From Eledone cirrhosa (Eukaryota): a stretch of 64,000 nt of DNA. The position numbers and the translations under genes were made by a program. The notes below the pieces were generated by a model. The model did no database searches, had not been told where the DNA came from, and worked only from the letters and a program-made list of their open reading frames with translations. Positions 1 through 14,584 of the stretch are shown here, piece after piece. Each line of letters opens with the position of its first letter. Within the stretch, counting starts at the first letter, position 1. The stretch covers positions 27,714,001-27,778,000 of the forward strand of contig OZ024740.1 in assembly GCA_964016885.1 (NCBI GenBank). The letters are read 5' to 3'.

Positions 1-3000
1 TAGTTGGTAACATATTAGTAAGAACAATACCTCGTGTCTATTGTAATCAATATTACATTTGGTAACATATTAGTAAGAACAATACCTTGTGTCTATTGTA
101 ATCAATATTACAGTTGGTAACATATTAGTAAAAGCAATACCTTGTGTCTATTGTAATCAATATTACAGTTGGTAACATATTAGTAAGAACAATACCTCGT
201 GTCTATTGTAATCAATATTACAGTTGGTAACATATTAGTAAGAACAATACCTTGTGTCTATTGTAATCAATATTACAGTTGGTAACATATTAGTAAGAGC
301 AATACCTTGTGTCTATTGTAATCAATATTACAGTTGGTAACATATTAGTAAGAGCAATACCTTGTGTCTATTGTAATCAATATTACAGTTGGTAACATAT
401 TAGTAAGAGCAATACCTCGTGTCTAATGTAATCAATATCACAGTTGGTAACATATTAGTAAGAGCAATACCTCCTTGTGTCTATGGTAATCAATATTAAG
501 GTTGGTAACATATTAGTAAGAGCAATACCTTGTGTCTATTGTAATCAATATTACAGTTGGTAACACATTAGTAAGAGCAATACCTCGTGTCTATTGTAAT
601 CAATATTACAGTTGGTAACATATTAGTAAGAGCAATACCTGATGTCTATTTTAATCAATATTACAGGTGGTAGCATATTAGTAAAAGCAATAACTTGTGT
701 CTATTGTAATCAATTTCACAGTTGGTAACATATTAGTAAGAGCAATACCTTGTGTCTATTGTAATCAATATTACAGGTGGTAGCATATTAGTAAAAGCAA
801 TACCTTGTGTCTATTGTAATCAATATTACAGTTGGTAACATATTAGTAAGAGCAATACCTTGTGTCTATTGTAATCAATATTACAGTTGGTAACATATTA
901 GTAAGAGCAATACTTTGTGTCTATTGTAATCAATATTACAGTTGGTAACATATTAGTAAAAGCAATACCTTGTGTCTATTGTAATCAATATTACAGTTGG
1001 TAACATATTAGTAAGAGCAATACCTTGTGTCTATTGTAATCAATATTACAGTTGGTAACATATTAGTAAGAGCAATACCTTGAGTCTAATGTAATCAATA
1101 TTACAGTTGGTAACATATTAGTAAGAGCAATACATTGTGTCTATTGTAATCAATATTACAGTTGGTAACATATTAGTAAGAACAATACCTCGTGTCTATT
1201 GTAATCAATATTACAGTTGGTAACATATTAGTAAGAGCAATACCTTGTGTCTATTGTAATCAATATTACAGTTGGTAACATATTAGTAAGAGCAATACCT
1301 CGTGTCTAATGTAATCAATATCACAGTTGGTAACATATTAGTAAGAGCAATACCTCCTTGTGTCTATGGTAATCAATATTAAGGTTGGTAACATATAAGT
1401 AAGAGCAATACCTTGTGTCTATTGTAATCAATATTACAGGTGGTAGCATATTAGTAAAAGCAATACCTTGTGTCTATTGTAATCAATATCACAGTTGGTA
1501 ACATATTAGTAAGAGCAATACCTTGTGTCTATTGTAATCAATATTACAGGTGGTAGCATATTAGTAAAAGCAATACCTGTGTCTATTGTAATCAATATTA
1601 CAGTTGGTAACATATTAGTAAGAGCAGTACCTTGTGTCTATTGTAATCAATATTACAGTTGGTAACATATTAGTACGAGCAATACCTTGTGTCTATTGTA
1701 ATCAATATTACAGTTGGTAACATATTAGTAAGAGCAATACCTTGTGTCTATTGTAATCAATATTACAGTTGGTAACATATTAGTAAGAGCAATACCTTGT
1801 GTCTAATGTAATCAATATTACAGTTGGTAACATATTAGTAAGAGCAATACCTTTTGTATATTGTAATCAATATTACAGTTGGTAACATATTAGTAAGAGC
1901 AATACCTTGTGTCTGTTGTAATCAATATTACAGTTGGTAACATATTAGTAAGAGCAATACCTTGTGGCTATTGTAATCAATATTACAGTTGGTAACATAT
2001 TAGTAAGAGCAATACCTTGCGTCTATTGTAATCAGTATTACAGTTGGTAACATACTAGTAAGAGCAATACCTTGTGGCTATTGTAATCAATATTACAGTT
2101 GGTAACATATTAGTAAGAGCAATACCTTGTGTCTATTGTAATCAATATTACAGTTGGTAACATATTAGTAAGAACAATACCTTGTGTCTATTGTAATCAA
2201 TATTACTGTTGGTAACATATTAGTAAGAGCAATACCTTGCGTCTATTGTAATCAATATTACAGTTGGTAACATATTAGTAAGAGCAATACCTTGTGTCTA
2301 TTGTAATCAATATTACAGTTGGTAACATATTGGTAAGAGCAATACCTTGTGTCTATTGTAATCAATATTACAGTTGGTAACATATTAGTAAGAGCAATAC
2401 CTTGTGTCTATTGTAATCAATATTACAGTTGGTAACATATTAGTAAGAGCAATACCTTGTGTCTATTGTAATCAATATTACAGTTGGTAACATATTAGTA
2501 AGAGCAATACCTTGTGTCTATTGTAATCAATATTACAGTTGGTAACATATTAGTAAGAGCAATACTTTGTGTCTATTGTAATCAATATTACAGTTGGTAA
2601 CATATTAGTAAGAGCAATACCTTGTGTCTATTGTAATCAATATTACAGTTGGTAACATATTAGTAAGAGCAATACCTCGTGTCTATTGTAATCAATATTA
2701 CAGTTGGTAACATATTAGTAAGAGCAATACCTGATGTCTATTTTAATCAATATTACAGGTGGTAGCATATTAGTAAAAGCAATAACTTGTGTCTATTGTA
2801 ATCAATTTCACAGTTGGTAACATATTAGTAAGAGCAATACCTTGTGTCTATTGTAATCAATATTACAGGTGGTAGCATATTAGTAAAAGCAATACCTTGT
2901 GTCTATTGTAATCAATATTAAAATTGGTAACATATTAGTAAGAGCAATACTTTGTGTCTATTGTAATCAATATTACAGTTGGTAACATATTAGTAAAAGC

Positions 3001-5618
3001 AATACCTTGTGTCTATTGTAATCAATATTACAGTTGGTAACATATTAGTAAGAGCAATACCTTGTGTCTATTGTAATCAATATTACAGTTGGTAACATAT
3101 TAGTAAGAGCAATACCTTGAGTCTAATGTAATCAATATTACAGTTGGTAACATATTAGTAAGAGCAATACATTGTGTCTATTGTAATCAATATTACAGTT
3201 GGTAACATATTAGTAAGAACAATACCTCGTGTCTATTGTAATCAATATTACAGTTGGTAACATATTAGTAAGAGCAATACCTTGTGTCTATTGTAATCAA
3301 TATTACAGTTGGTAACATATTAGTAAGAGCAATACCTCGTGTCTAATGTAATCAATATCACAGTTGGTAACATATTAGTAAGAGCAATACCTCCTTGTGT
3401 CTATGGTAATCAATATTAAGGTTGGTAACATATAAGTAAGAGCAATACCTTGTGTCTATTGTAATCAATATCACAGTTGGTAACATATTAGTAAGAGCAA
3501 TACCTTGTGTCTATTGTAATCAATATTACAGGTGGTAGCATATTAGTAAAAGCAATACCTTGTGTCTATTGTAATCAATATTACAGTTGGTAACATATTA
3601 GTAAGAGCAGTACCTTGTGTCTATTGTAATCAATATTACAGTTGGTAACATATTAGTAAGAGCAATACCTTGTGTCTATTGTAATCAATATTACAGTTGG
3701 TAACATATTAGTAAGAGCAATACCTTGTGTCTATTGTAATCAATATTACAGTTGGTAACATATTAGTAAGAGCAATACCTTGTGTCTAATGTAATCAATA
3801 TTACAGTTGGTAACATATTAGTAAGAGCAATACCTTTTGTATATTGTAATCAATATTACAGTTGGTAACATAGTAGTAAGAGCAATACCTTGTGTCTGTT
3901 GTAATCAATATTACAGTTGGTAACATATTAGTAAGAGCAATACCTTGTGGCTATTGTAATCAATATTACAGTTGGTAACATATTAGTAAGAGCAATACCT
4001 TGTGTCTATTGTAATCAATATTACAGTTGGTAACATATTAGTAAGAGCAATACCTTGTGTCTATTGTAATCAATATTACAGTTGGTAACATATTAGTAAG
4101 AGCAATACTTTGTGTCTATTGTAATCAATATTACCGTTGGTAACATATTAGTAAGAGCAATACCTTGTGTCTATTGTAATCAATATCACAGTTGGTAACA
4201 TATTAGTAAGAGCAATACCTTGTGTCTATTGTAATCAATATCACAGTTGGTAACATATTAGTAAGAGCAATACCTTGTGTCTATTGTAATCAATATTACA
4301 GTTGGTAACATATTAGTAAAAGCAATACCTTGTGTCTAATGTAATCAATATTACAGTTGGTAAGATATTAGTAAGAGCAATACCTTGTGTCTATTGTAAT
4401 CAATATTACAGTTGGTAACATATTAGTAAGAGCAATACCTTGTGTCTAATGTAATCAATATTACAGTTGGTAACATATTAGTAAGAGCAATACCTTGTGT
4501 CTATTGTAATCAATATTACAGTTGGTAACATATTAGTAAGAACAATACCTCGTGTCTATTGTAATCAATATTACAGTTGGTAACATATTAGTAAGAACAA
4601 TACCTTGCGTCTATTGTAATCAATATTACAGTTGGTAACATATTAGTAAGAGCAATACCTTGTGTCTATTGTAATCAATATTACAGTTGGTAACATATTA
4701 GTAAGAGCAATACCTTGTGTCTATTGTAATCAATATTACAGTTGGTAACATATTAGTAAGAGCAATACTTTGTGTCTATTGTAATCAATATTACAGTTGG
4801 TAACATATTAGTAAGAGCAATACCTTGTGTCTATTGTAATCAATATCACAGTTGGTAACATATTAGTAAGAGCAATACATTGTGTCTATTGTAATCAATA
4901 TCACAGTTGGTAACATATTAGTAAGAGCAATACCTTGTGGCTATTGTAATCAATATTACAGTTGGTAACATATTAGTAAAAGCAATACCTTGTGTCTAAT
5001 GTAATCAATATTACAGTTGGTAACATATTAGTAAGAGCAATACCTTGTGTCTATTGTAATCAATATTACAGTTGGTAACATATTAGTAAGAGCAATACCT
5101 TGTGTCTATTGTAATCAATATTACAGTTGGTAACATATTAGTAAGAGCAATACCTTGCGTCTATTGTAATCAATATTACAGTTGGTAACATATTAGTAAG
5201 AGCAATACCTTGTGTCTATTGTAATCAATATTACAGTTGGTAACATATTAGTAAAAGCAATACCTTGTGTCTAATGTAATCAATATCACAGTTAGTAACA
5301 TATTAGTAAGAGCAATACCTTGTGTCTATTGTAATCAATATTACAGGCGGTAACATATTAGTAAAAGCAATACCTTGTGTCTATTGTAATCAATATCACA
5401 GTTGGTAACATATAAGTAAGAGCAATACCTTGTGTCTATTGTAATCAATATTACAGTTGGTAACATATTAGTAAGAGCAATACCTTGTGTCTATTGTAAT
5501 CAATATTACAGTTGGTAACATATTAGTAAGAGCAATACCTTGTGTCTATTGTAATCAATATTACAGTTGGTAACATATTAGTAAGAGCAATACCTTGTGT
5601 CTATTGTAATCAATATTA
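1..5618. repeat. Higher-order block, copy 1 (102 monomers, 5,618 bp)
   Basis: The ordered series of variants starting at 1 (TAGTTGG..AGAAC..CTCGTG..TACATTT) recurs at 5619. The landmark CTCC at 471 maps to 6089. Offset 5618 = 102 x 55 + 8 (three +3 insertions, one -1 deletion). Confidence 0.92.
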
Positions 5619-8600
5619 TAGTTGGTAACATATTAGTAAGAACAATACCTCGTGTCTATTGTAATCAATATTACATTTGGTAACATATTAGTAAGAACAA
5701 TACCTTGTGTCTATTGTAATCAATATTACAGTTGGTAACATATTAGTAAAAGCAATACCTTGTGTCTATTGTAATCAATATTACAGTTGGTAACATATTA
5801 GTAAGAACAATACCTCGTGTCTATTGTAATCAATATTACAGTTGGTAACATATTAGTAAGAACAATACCTTGTGTCTATTGTAATCAATATTACAGTTGG
5901 TAACATATTAGTAAGAGCAATACCTTGTGTCTATTGTAATCAATATTACAGTTGGTAACATATTAGTAAGAGCAATACCTTGTGTCTATTGTAATCAATA
6001 TTACAGTTGGTAACATATTAGTAAGAGCAATACCTCGTGTCTAATGTAATCAATATCACAGTTGGTAACATATTAGTAAGAGCAATACCTCCTTGTGTCT
6101 ATGGTAATCAATATTAAGGTTGGTAACATATTAGTAAGAGCAATACCTTGTGTCTATTGTAATCAATATTACAGTTGGTAACACATTAGTAAGAGCAATA
6201 CCTCGTGTCTATTGTAATCAATATTACAGTTGGTAACATATTAGTAAGAGCAATACCTGATGTCTATTTTAATCAATATTACAGGTGGTAGCATATTAGT
6301 AAAAGCAATAACTTGTGTCTATTGTAATCAATTTCACAGTTGGTAACATATTAGTAAGAGCAATACCTTGTGTCTATTGTAATCAATATTACAGGTGGTA
6401 GCATATTAGTAAAAGCAATACCTTGTGTCTATTGTAATCAATATTACAGTTGGTAACATATTAGTAAGAGCAATACCTTGTGTCTATTGTAATCAATATT
6501 ACAGTTGGTAACATATTAGTAAGAGCAATACTTTGTGTCTATTGTAATCAATATTACAGTTGGTAACATATTAGTAAAAGCAATACCTTGTGTCTATTGT
6601 AATCAATATTACAGTTGGTAACATATTAGTAAGAGCAATACCTTGTGTCTATTGTAATCAATATTACAGTTGGTAACATATTAGTAAGAGCAATACCTTG
6701 AGTCTAATGTAATCAATATTACAGTTGGTAACATATTAGTAAGAGCAATACATTGTGTCTATTGTAATCAATATTACAGTTGGTAACATATTAGTAAGAA
6801 CAATACCTCGTGTCTATTGTAATCAATATTACAGTTGGTAACATATTAGTAAGAGCAATACCTTGTGTCTATTGTAATCAATATTACAGTTGGTAACATA
6901 TTAGTAAGAGCAATACCTCGTGTCTAATGTAATCAATATCACAGTTGGTAACATATTAGTAAGAGCAATACCTCCTTGTGTCTATGGTAATCAATATTAA
7001 GGTTGGTAACATATAAGTAAGAGCAATACCTTGTGTCTATTGTAATCAATATTACAGGTGGTAGCATATTAGTAAAAGCAATACCTTGTGTCTATTGTAA
7101 TCAATATCACAGTTGGTAACATATTAGTAAGAGCAATACCTTGTGTCTATTGTAATCAATATTACAGGTGGTAGCATATTAGTAAAAGCAATACCTGTGT
7201 CTATTGTAATCAATATTACAGTTGGTAACATATTAGTAAGAGCAGTACCTTGTGTCTATTGTAATCAATATTACAGTTGGTAACATATTAGTACGAGCAA
7301 TACCTTGTGTCTATTGTAATCAATATTACAGTTGGTAACATATTAGTAAGAGCAATACCTTGTGTCTATTGTAATCAATATTACAGTTGGTAACATATTA
7401 GTAAGAGCAATACCTTGTGTCTAATGTAATCAATATTACAGTTGGTAACATATTAGTAAGAGCAATACCTTTTGTATATTGTAATCAATATTACAGTTGG
7501 TAACATATTAGTAAGAGCAATACCTTGTGTCTGTTGTAATCAATATTACAGTTGGTAACATATTAGTAAGAGCAATACCTTGTGGCTATTGTAATCAATA
7601 TTACAGTTGGTAACATATTAGTAAGAGCAATACCTTGCGTCTATTGTAATCAGTATTACAGTTGGTAACATACTAGTAAGAGCAATACCTTGTGGCTATT
7701 GTAATCAATATTACAGTTGGTAACATATTAGTAAGAGCAATACCTTGTGTCTATTGTAATCAATATTACAGTTGGTAACATATTAGTAAGAACAATACCT
7801 TGTGTCTATTGTAATCAATATTACTGTTGGTAACATATTAGTAAGAGCAATACCTTGCGTCTATTGTAATCAATATTACAGTTGGTAACATATTAGTAAG
7901 AGCAATACCTTGTGTCTATTGTAATCAATATTACAGTTGGTAACATATTGGTAAGAGCAATACCTTGTGTCTATTGTAATCAATATTACAGTTGGTAACA
8001 TATTAGTAAGAGCAATACCTTGTGTCTATTGTAATCAATATTACAGTTGGTAACATATTAGTAAGAGCAATACCTTGTGTCTATTGTAATCAATATTACA
8101 GTTGGTAACATATTAGTAAGAGCAATACCTTGTGTCTATTGTAATCAATATTACAGTTGGTAACATATTAGTAAGAGCAATACTTTGTGTCTATTGTAAT
8201 CAATATTACAGTTGGTAACATATTAGTAAGAGCAATACCTTGTGTCTATTGTAATCAATATTACAGTTGGTAACATATTAGTAAGAGCAATACCTCGTGT
8301 CTATTGTAATCAATATTACAGTTGGTAACATATTAGTAAGAGCAATACCTGATGTCTATTTTAATCAATATTACAGGTGGTAGCATATTAGTAAAAGCAA
8401 TAACTTGTGTCTATTGTAATCAATTTCACAGTTGGTAACATATTAGTAAGAGCAATACCTTGTGTCTATTGTAATCAATATTACAGGTGGTAGCATATTA
8501 GTAAAAGCAATACCTTGTGTCTATTGTAATCAATATTAAAATTGGTAACATATTAGTAAGAGCAATACTTTGTGTCTATTGTAATCAATATTACAGTTGG

Positions 8601-9476
8601 TAACATATTAGTAAAAGCAATACCTTGTGTCTATTGTAATCAATATTACAGTTGGTAACATATTAGTAAGAGCAATACCTTGTGTCTATTGTAATCAATA
8701 TTACAGTTGGTAACATATTAGTAAGAGCAATACCTTGAGTCTAATGTAATCAATATTACAGTTGGTAACATATTAGTAAGAGCAATACATTGTGTCTATT
8801 GTAATCAATATTACAGTTGGTAACATATTAGTAAGAACAATACCTCGTGTCTATTGTAATCAATATTACAGTTGGTAACATATTAGTAAGAGCAATACCT
8901 TGTGTCTATTGTAATCAATATTACAGTTGGTAACATATTAGTAAGAGCAATACCTCGTGTCTAATGTAATCAATATCACAGTTGGTAACATATTAGTAAG
9001 AGCAATACCTCCTTGTGTCTATGGTAATCAATATTAAGGTTGGTAACATATAAGTAAGAGCAATACCTTGTGTCTATTGTAATCAATATTACAGTTGGTA
9101 ACATATTAGTAAAAGCAATACCTTGTGTCTAATGTAATCAATATCACAGTTAGTAACATATTAGTAAGAGCAATACCTTGTGTCTATTGTAATCAATATT
9201 ACAGGCGGTAACATATTAGTAAAAGCAATACCTTGTGTCTATTGTAATCAATATCACAGTTGGTAACATATAAGTAAGAGCAATACCTTGTGTCTATTGT
9301 AATCAATATTACAGTTGGTAACATATTAGTAAGAGCAATACCTTGTGTCTATTGTAATCAATATTACAGTTGGTAACATATTAGTAAGAGCAATACCTTG
9401 TGTCTATTGTAATCAATATTACAGTTGGTAACATATTAGTAAGAGCAATACCTTGTGTCTATTGTAATCAATATTA
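5619..9476. repeat. Higher-order block, copy 2 (70 monomers; 32 monomers shorter than copy 1)
   Basis: Matches 1-~3470, then jumps near 9055-9090 to the equivalent of ~5231-5618. Length 3858 = 70 x 55 + 8. Confidence 0.9.
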
Positions 9477-12400
9477 TAGTTGGTAACATATTAGTAAGAA
9501 CAATACCTCGTGTCTATTGTAATCAATATTACATTTGGTAACATATTAGTAAGAACAATACCTTGTGTCTATTGTAATCAATATTACAGTTGGTAACATA
9601 TTAGTAAAAGCAATACCTTGTGTCTATTGTAATCAATATTACAGTTGGTAACATATTAGTAAGAACAATACCTCGTGTCTATTGTAATCAATATTACAGT
9701 TGGTAACATATTAGTAAGAACAATACCTTGTGTCTATTGTAATCAATATTACAGTTGGTAACATATTAGTAAGAGCAATACCTTGTGTCTATTGTAATCA
9801 ATATTACAGTTGGTAACATATTAGTAAGAGCAATACCTTGTGTCTATTGTAATCAATATTACAGTTGGTAACATATTAGTAAGAGCAATACCTCGTGTCT
9901 AATGTAATCAATATCACAGTTGGTAACATATTAGTAAGAGCAATACCTCCTTGTGTCTATGGTAATCAATATTAAGGTTGGTAACATATTAGTAAGAGCA
10001 ATACCTTGTGTCTATTGTAATCAATATTACAGTTGGTAACACATTAGTAAGAGCAATACCTCGTGTCTATTGTAATCAATATTACAGTTGGTAACATATT
10101 AGTAAGAGCAATACCTGATGTCTATTTTAATCAATATTACAGGTGGTAGCATATTAGTAAAAGCAATAACTTGTGTCTATTGTAATCAATTTCACAGTTG
10201 GTAACATATTAGTAAGAGCAATACCTTGTGTCTATTGTAATCAATATTACAGGTGGTAGCATATTAGTAAAAGCAATACCTTGTGTCTATTGTAATCAAT
10301 ATTACAGTTGGTAACATATTAGTAAGAGCAATACCTTGTGTCTATTGTAATCAATATTACAGTTGGTAACATATTAGTAAGAGCAATACTTTGTGTCTAT
10401 TGTAATCAATATTACAGTTGGTAACATATTAGTAAAAGCAATACCTTGTGTCTATTGTAATCAATATTACAGTTGGTAACATATTAGTAAGAGCAATACC
10501 TTGTGTCTATTGTAATCAATATTACAGTTGGTAACATATTAGTAAGAGCAATACCTTGAGTCTAATGTAATCAATATTACAGTTGGTAACATATTAGTAA
10601 GAGCAATACATTGTGTCTATTGTAATCAATATTACAGTTGGTAACATATTAGTAAGAACAATACCTCGTGTCTATTGTAATCAATATTACAGTTGGTAAC
10701 ATATTAGTAAGAGCAATACCTTGTGTCTATTGTAATCAATATTACAGTTGGTAACATATTAGTAAGAGCAATACCTCGTGTCTAATGTAATCAATATCAC
10801 AGTTGGTAACATATTAGTAAGAGCAATACCTCCTTGTGTCTATGGTAATCAATATTAAGGTTGGTAACATATAAGTAAGAGCAATACCTTGTGTCTATTG
10901 TAATCAATATTACAGGTGGTAGCATATTAGTAAAAGCAATACCTTGTGTCTATTGTAATCAATATCACAGTTGGTAACATATTAGTAAGAGCAATACCTT
11001 GTGTCTATTGTAATCAATATTACAGGTGGTAGCATATTAGTAAAAGCAATACCTGTGTCTATTGTAATCAATATTACAGTTGGTAACATATTAGTAAGAG
11101 CAGTACCTTGTGTCTATTGTAATCAATATTACAGTTGGTAACATATTAGTACGAGCAATACCTTGTGTCTATTGTAATCAATATTACAGTTGGTAACATA
11201 TTAGTAAGAGCAATACCTTGTGTCTATTGTAATCAATATTACAGTTGGTAACATATTAGTAAGAGCAATACCTTGTGTCTAATGTAATCAATATTACAGT
11301 TGGTAACATATTAGTAAGAGCAATACCTTTTGTATATTGTAATCAATATTACAGTTGGTAACATATTAGTAAGAGCAATACCTTGTGTCTGTTGTAATCA
11401 ATATTACAGTTGGTAACATATTAGTAAGAGCAATACCTTGTGGCTATTGTAATCAATATTACAGTTGGTAACATATTAGTAAGAGCAATACCTTGCGTCT
11501 ATTGTAATCAGTATTACAGTTGGTAACATACTAGTAAGAGCAATACCTTGTGGCTATTGTAATCAATATTACAGTTGGTAACATATTAGTAAGAGCAATA
11601 CCTTGTGTCTATTGTAATCAATATTACAGTTGGTAACATATTAGTAAGAACAATACCTTGTGTCTATTGTAATCAATATTACTGTTGGTAACATATTAGT
11701 AAGAGCAATACCTTGCGTCTATTGTAATCAATATTACAGTTGGTAACATATTAGTAAGAGCAATACCTTGTGTCTATTGTAATCAATATTACAGTTGGTA
11801 ACATATTGGTAAGAGCAATACCTTGTGTCTATTGTAATCAATATTACAGTTGGTAACATATTAGTAAGAGCAATACCTTGTGTCTATTGTAATCAATATT
11901 ACAGTTGGTAACATATTAGTAAGAGCAATACCTTGTGTCTATTGTAATCAATATTACAGTTGGTAACATATTAGTAAGAGCAATACCTTGTGTCTATTGT
12001 AATCAATATTACAGTTGGTAACATATTAGTAAGAGCAATACTTTGTGTCTATTGTAATCAATATTACAGTTGGTAACATATTAGTAAGAGCAATACCTTG
12101 TGTCTATTGTAATCAATATTACAGTTGGTAACATATTAGTAAGAGCAATACCTCGTGTCTATTGTAATCAATATTACAGTTGGTAACATATTAGTAAGAG
12201 CAATACCTGATGTCTATTTTAATCAATATTACAGGTGGTAGCATATTAGTAAAAGCAATAACTTGTGTCTATTGTAATCAATTTCACAGTTGGTAACATA
12301 TTAGTAAGAGCAATACCTTGTGTCTATTGTAATCAATATTACAGGTGGTAGCATATTAGTAAAAGCAATACCTTGTGTCTATTGTAATCAATATTAAAAT

Positions 12401-14584
12401 TGGTAACATATTAGTAAGAGCAATACTTTGTGTCTATTGTAATCAATATTACAGTTGGTAACATATTAGTAAAAGCAATACCTTGTGTCTATTGTAATCA
12501 ATATTACAGTTGGTAACATATTAGTAAGAGCAATACCTTGTGTCTATTGTAATCAATATTACAGTTGGTAACATATTAGTAAGAGCAATACCTTGAGTCT
12601 AATGTAATCAATATTACAGTTGGTAACATATTAGTAAGAGCAATACATTGTGTCTATTGTAATCAATATTACAGTTGGTAACATATTAGTAAGAACAATA
12701 CCTCGTGTCTATTGTAATCAATATTACAGTTGGTAACATATTAGTAAGAGCAATACCTTGTGTCTATTGTAATCAATATTACAGTTGGTAACATATTAGT
12801 AAGAGCAATACCTCGTGTCTAATGTAATCAATATCACAGTTGGTAACATATTAGTAAGAGCAATACCTCCTTGTGTCTATGGTAATCAATATTAAGGTTG
12901 GTAACATATAAGTAAGAGCAATACCTTGTGTCTATTGTAATCAATATCACAGTTGGTAACATATTAGTAAGAGCAATACCTTGTGTCTATTGTAATCAAT
13001 ATTACAGGTGGTAGCATATTAGTAAAAGCAATACCTTGTGTCTATTGTAATCAATATTACAGTTGGTAACATATTAGTAAGAGCAGTACCTTGTGTCTAT
13101 TGTAATCAATATTACAGTTGGTAACATATTAGTAAGAGCAATACCTTGTGTCTATTGTAATCAATATTACAGTTGGTAACATATTAGTAAGAGCAATACC
13201 TTGTGTCTATTGTAATCAATATTACAGTTGGTAACATATTAGTAAGAGCAATACCTTGTGTCTAATGTAATCAATATTACAGTTGGTAACATATTAGTAA
13301 GAGCAATACCTTTTGTATATTGTAATCAATATTACAGTTGGTAACATAGTAGTAAGAGCAATACCTTGTGTCTGTTGTAATCAATATTACAGTTGGTAAC
13401 ATATTAGTAAGAGCAATACCTTGTGGCTATTGTAATCAATATTACAGTTGGTAACATATTAGTAAGAGCAATACCTTGTGTCTATTGTAATCAATATTAC
13501 AGTTGGTAACATATTAGTAAGAGCAATACCTTGTGTCTATTGTAATCAATATTACAGTTGGTAACATATTAGTAAGAGCAATACTTTGTGTCTATTGTAA
13601 TCAATATTACCGTTGGTAACATATTAGTAAGAGCAATACCTTGTGTCTATTGTAATCAATATCACAGTTGGTAACATATTAGTAAGAGCAATACCTTGTG
13701 TCTATTGTAATCAATATCACAGTTGGTAACATATTAGTAAGAGCAATACCTTGTGTCTATTGTAATCAATATTACAGTTGGTAACATATTAGTAAAAGCA
13801 ATACCTTGTGTCTAATGTAATCAATATTACAGTTGGTAAGATATTAGTAAGAGCAATACCTTGTGTCTATTGTAATCAATATTACAGTTGGTAACATATT
13901 AGTAAGAGCAATACCTTGTGTCTAATGTAATCAATATTACAGTTGGTAACATATTAGTAAGAGCAATACCTTGTGTCTATTGTAATCAATATTACAGTTG
14001 GTAACATATTAGTAAGAACAATACCTCGTGTCTATTGTAATCAATATTACAGTTGGTAACATATTAGTAAGAACAATACCTTGCGTCTATTGTAATCAAT
14101 ATTACAGTTGGTAACATATTAGTAAGAGCAATACCTTGTGTCTATTGTAATCAATATTACAGTTGGTAACATATTAGTAAGAGCAATACCTTGTGTCTAT
14201 TGTAATCAATATTACAGTTGGTAACATATTAGTAAGAGCAATACTTTGTGTCTATTGTAATCAATATTACAGTTGGTAACATATTAGTAAGAGCAATACC
14301 TTGTGTCTATTGTAATCAATATCACAGTTGGTAACATATTAGTAAGAGCAATACATTGTGTCTATTGTAATCAATATCACAGTTGGTAACATATTAGTAA
14401 GAGCAATACCTTGTGGCTATTGTAATCAATATTACAGTTGGTAACATATTAGTAAAAGCAATACCTTGTGTCTAATGTAATCAATATTACAGTTGGTAAC
14501 ATATTAGTAAGAGCAATACCTTGTGTCTATTGTAATCAATATTACAGTTGGTAACATATTAGTAAGAGCAATACCTTGTGTCTA
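9477..14584. repeat. Higher-order block, copy 3 (matches 1-~5108)
   Basis: Offset 9476 from copy 1 (2733->12209, 3391->12867, 4921->14397). The variant series diverges from copy 1 at about 14585. Confidence 0.88.

Noticed and set aside
1-55. Bacterial promoter -10-like boxes, iterons or terminators in the monomer
   Set aside because: AT-rich hexamers are expected by chance, there are no adjacent genes or rep ORF, and the hairpin is weak with no U-tract.
1-165. tRNA-, 5S- or snRNA-derived tandem gene array
   Set aside because: No cloverleaf, recognisable Pol III A/B boxes or similarity to RNA genes I know; the unit is too short and AT-rich.
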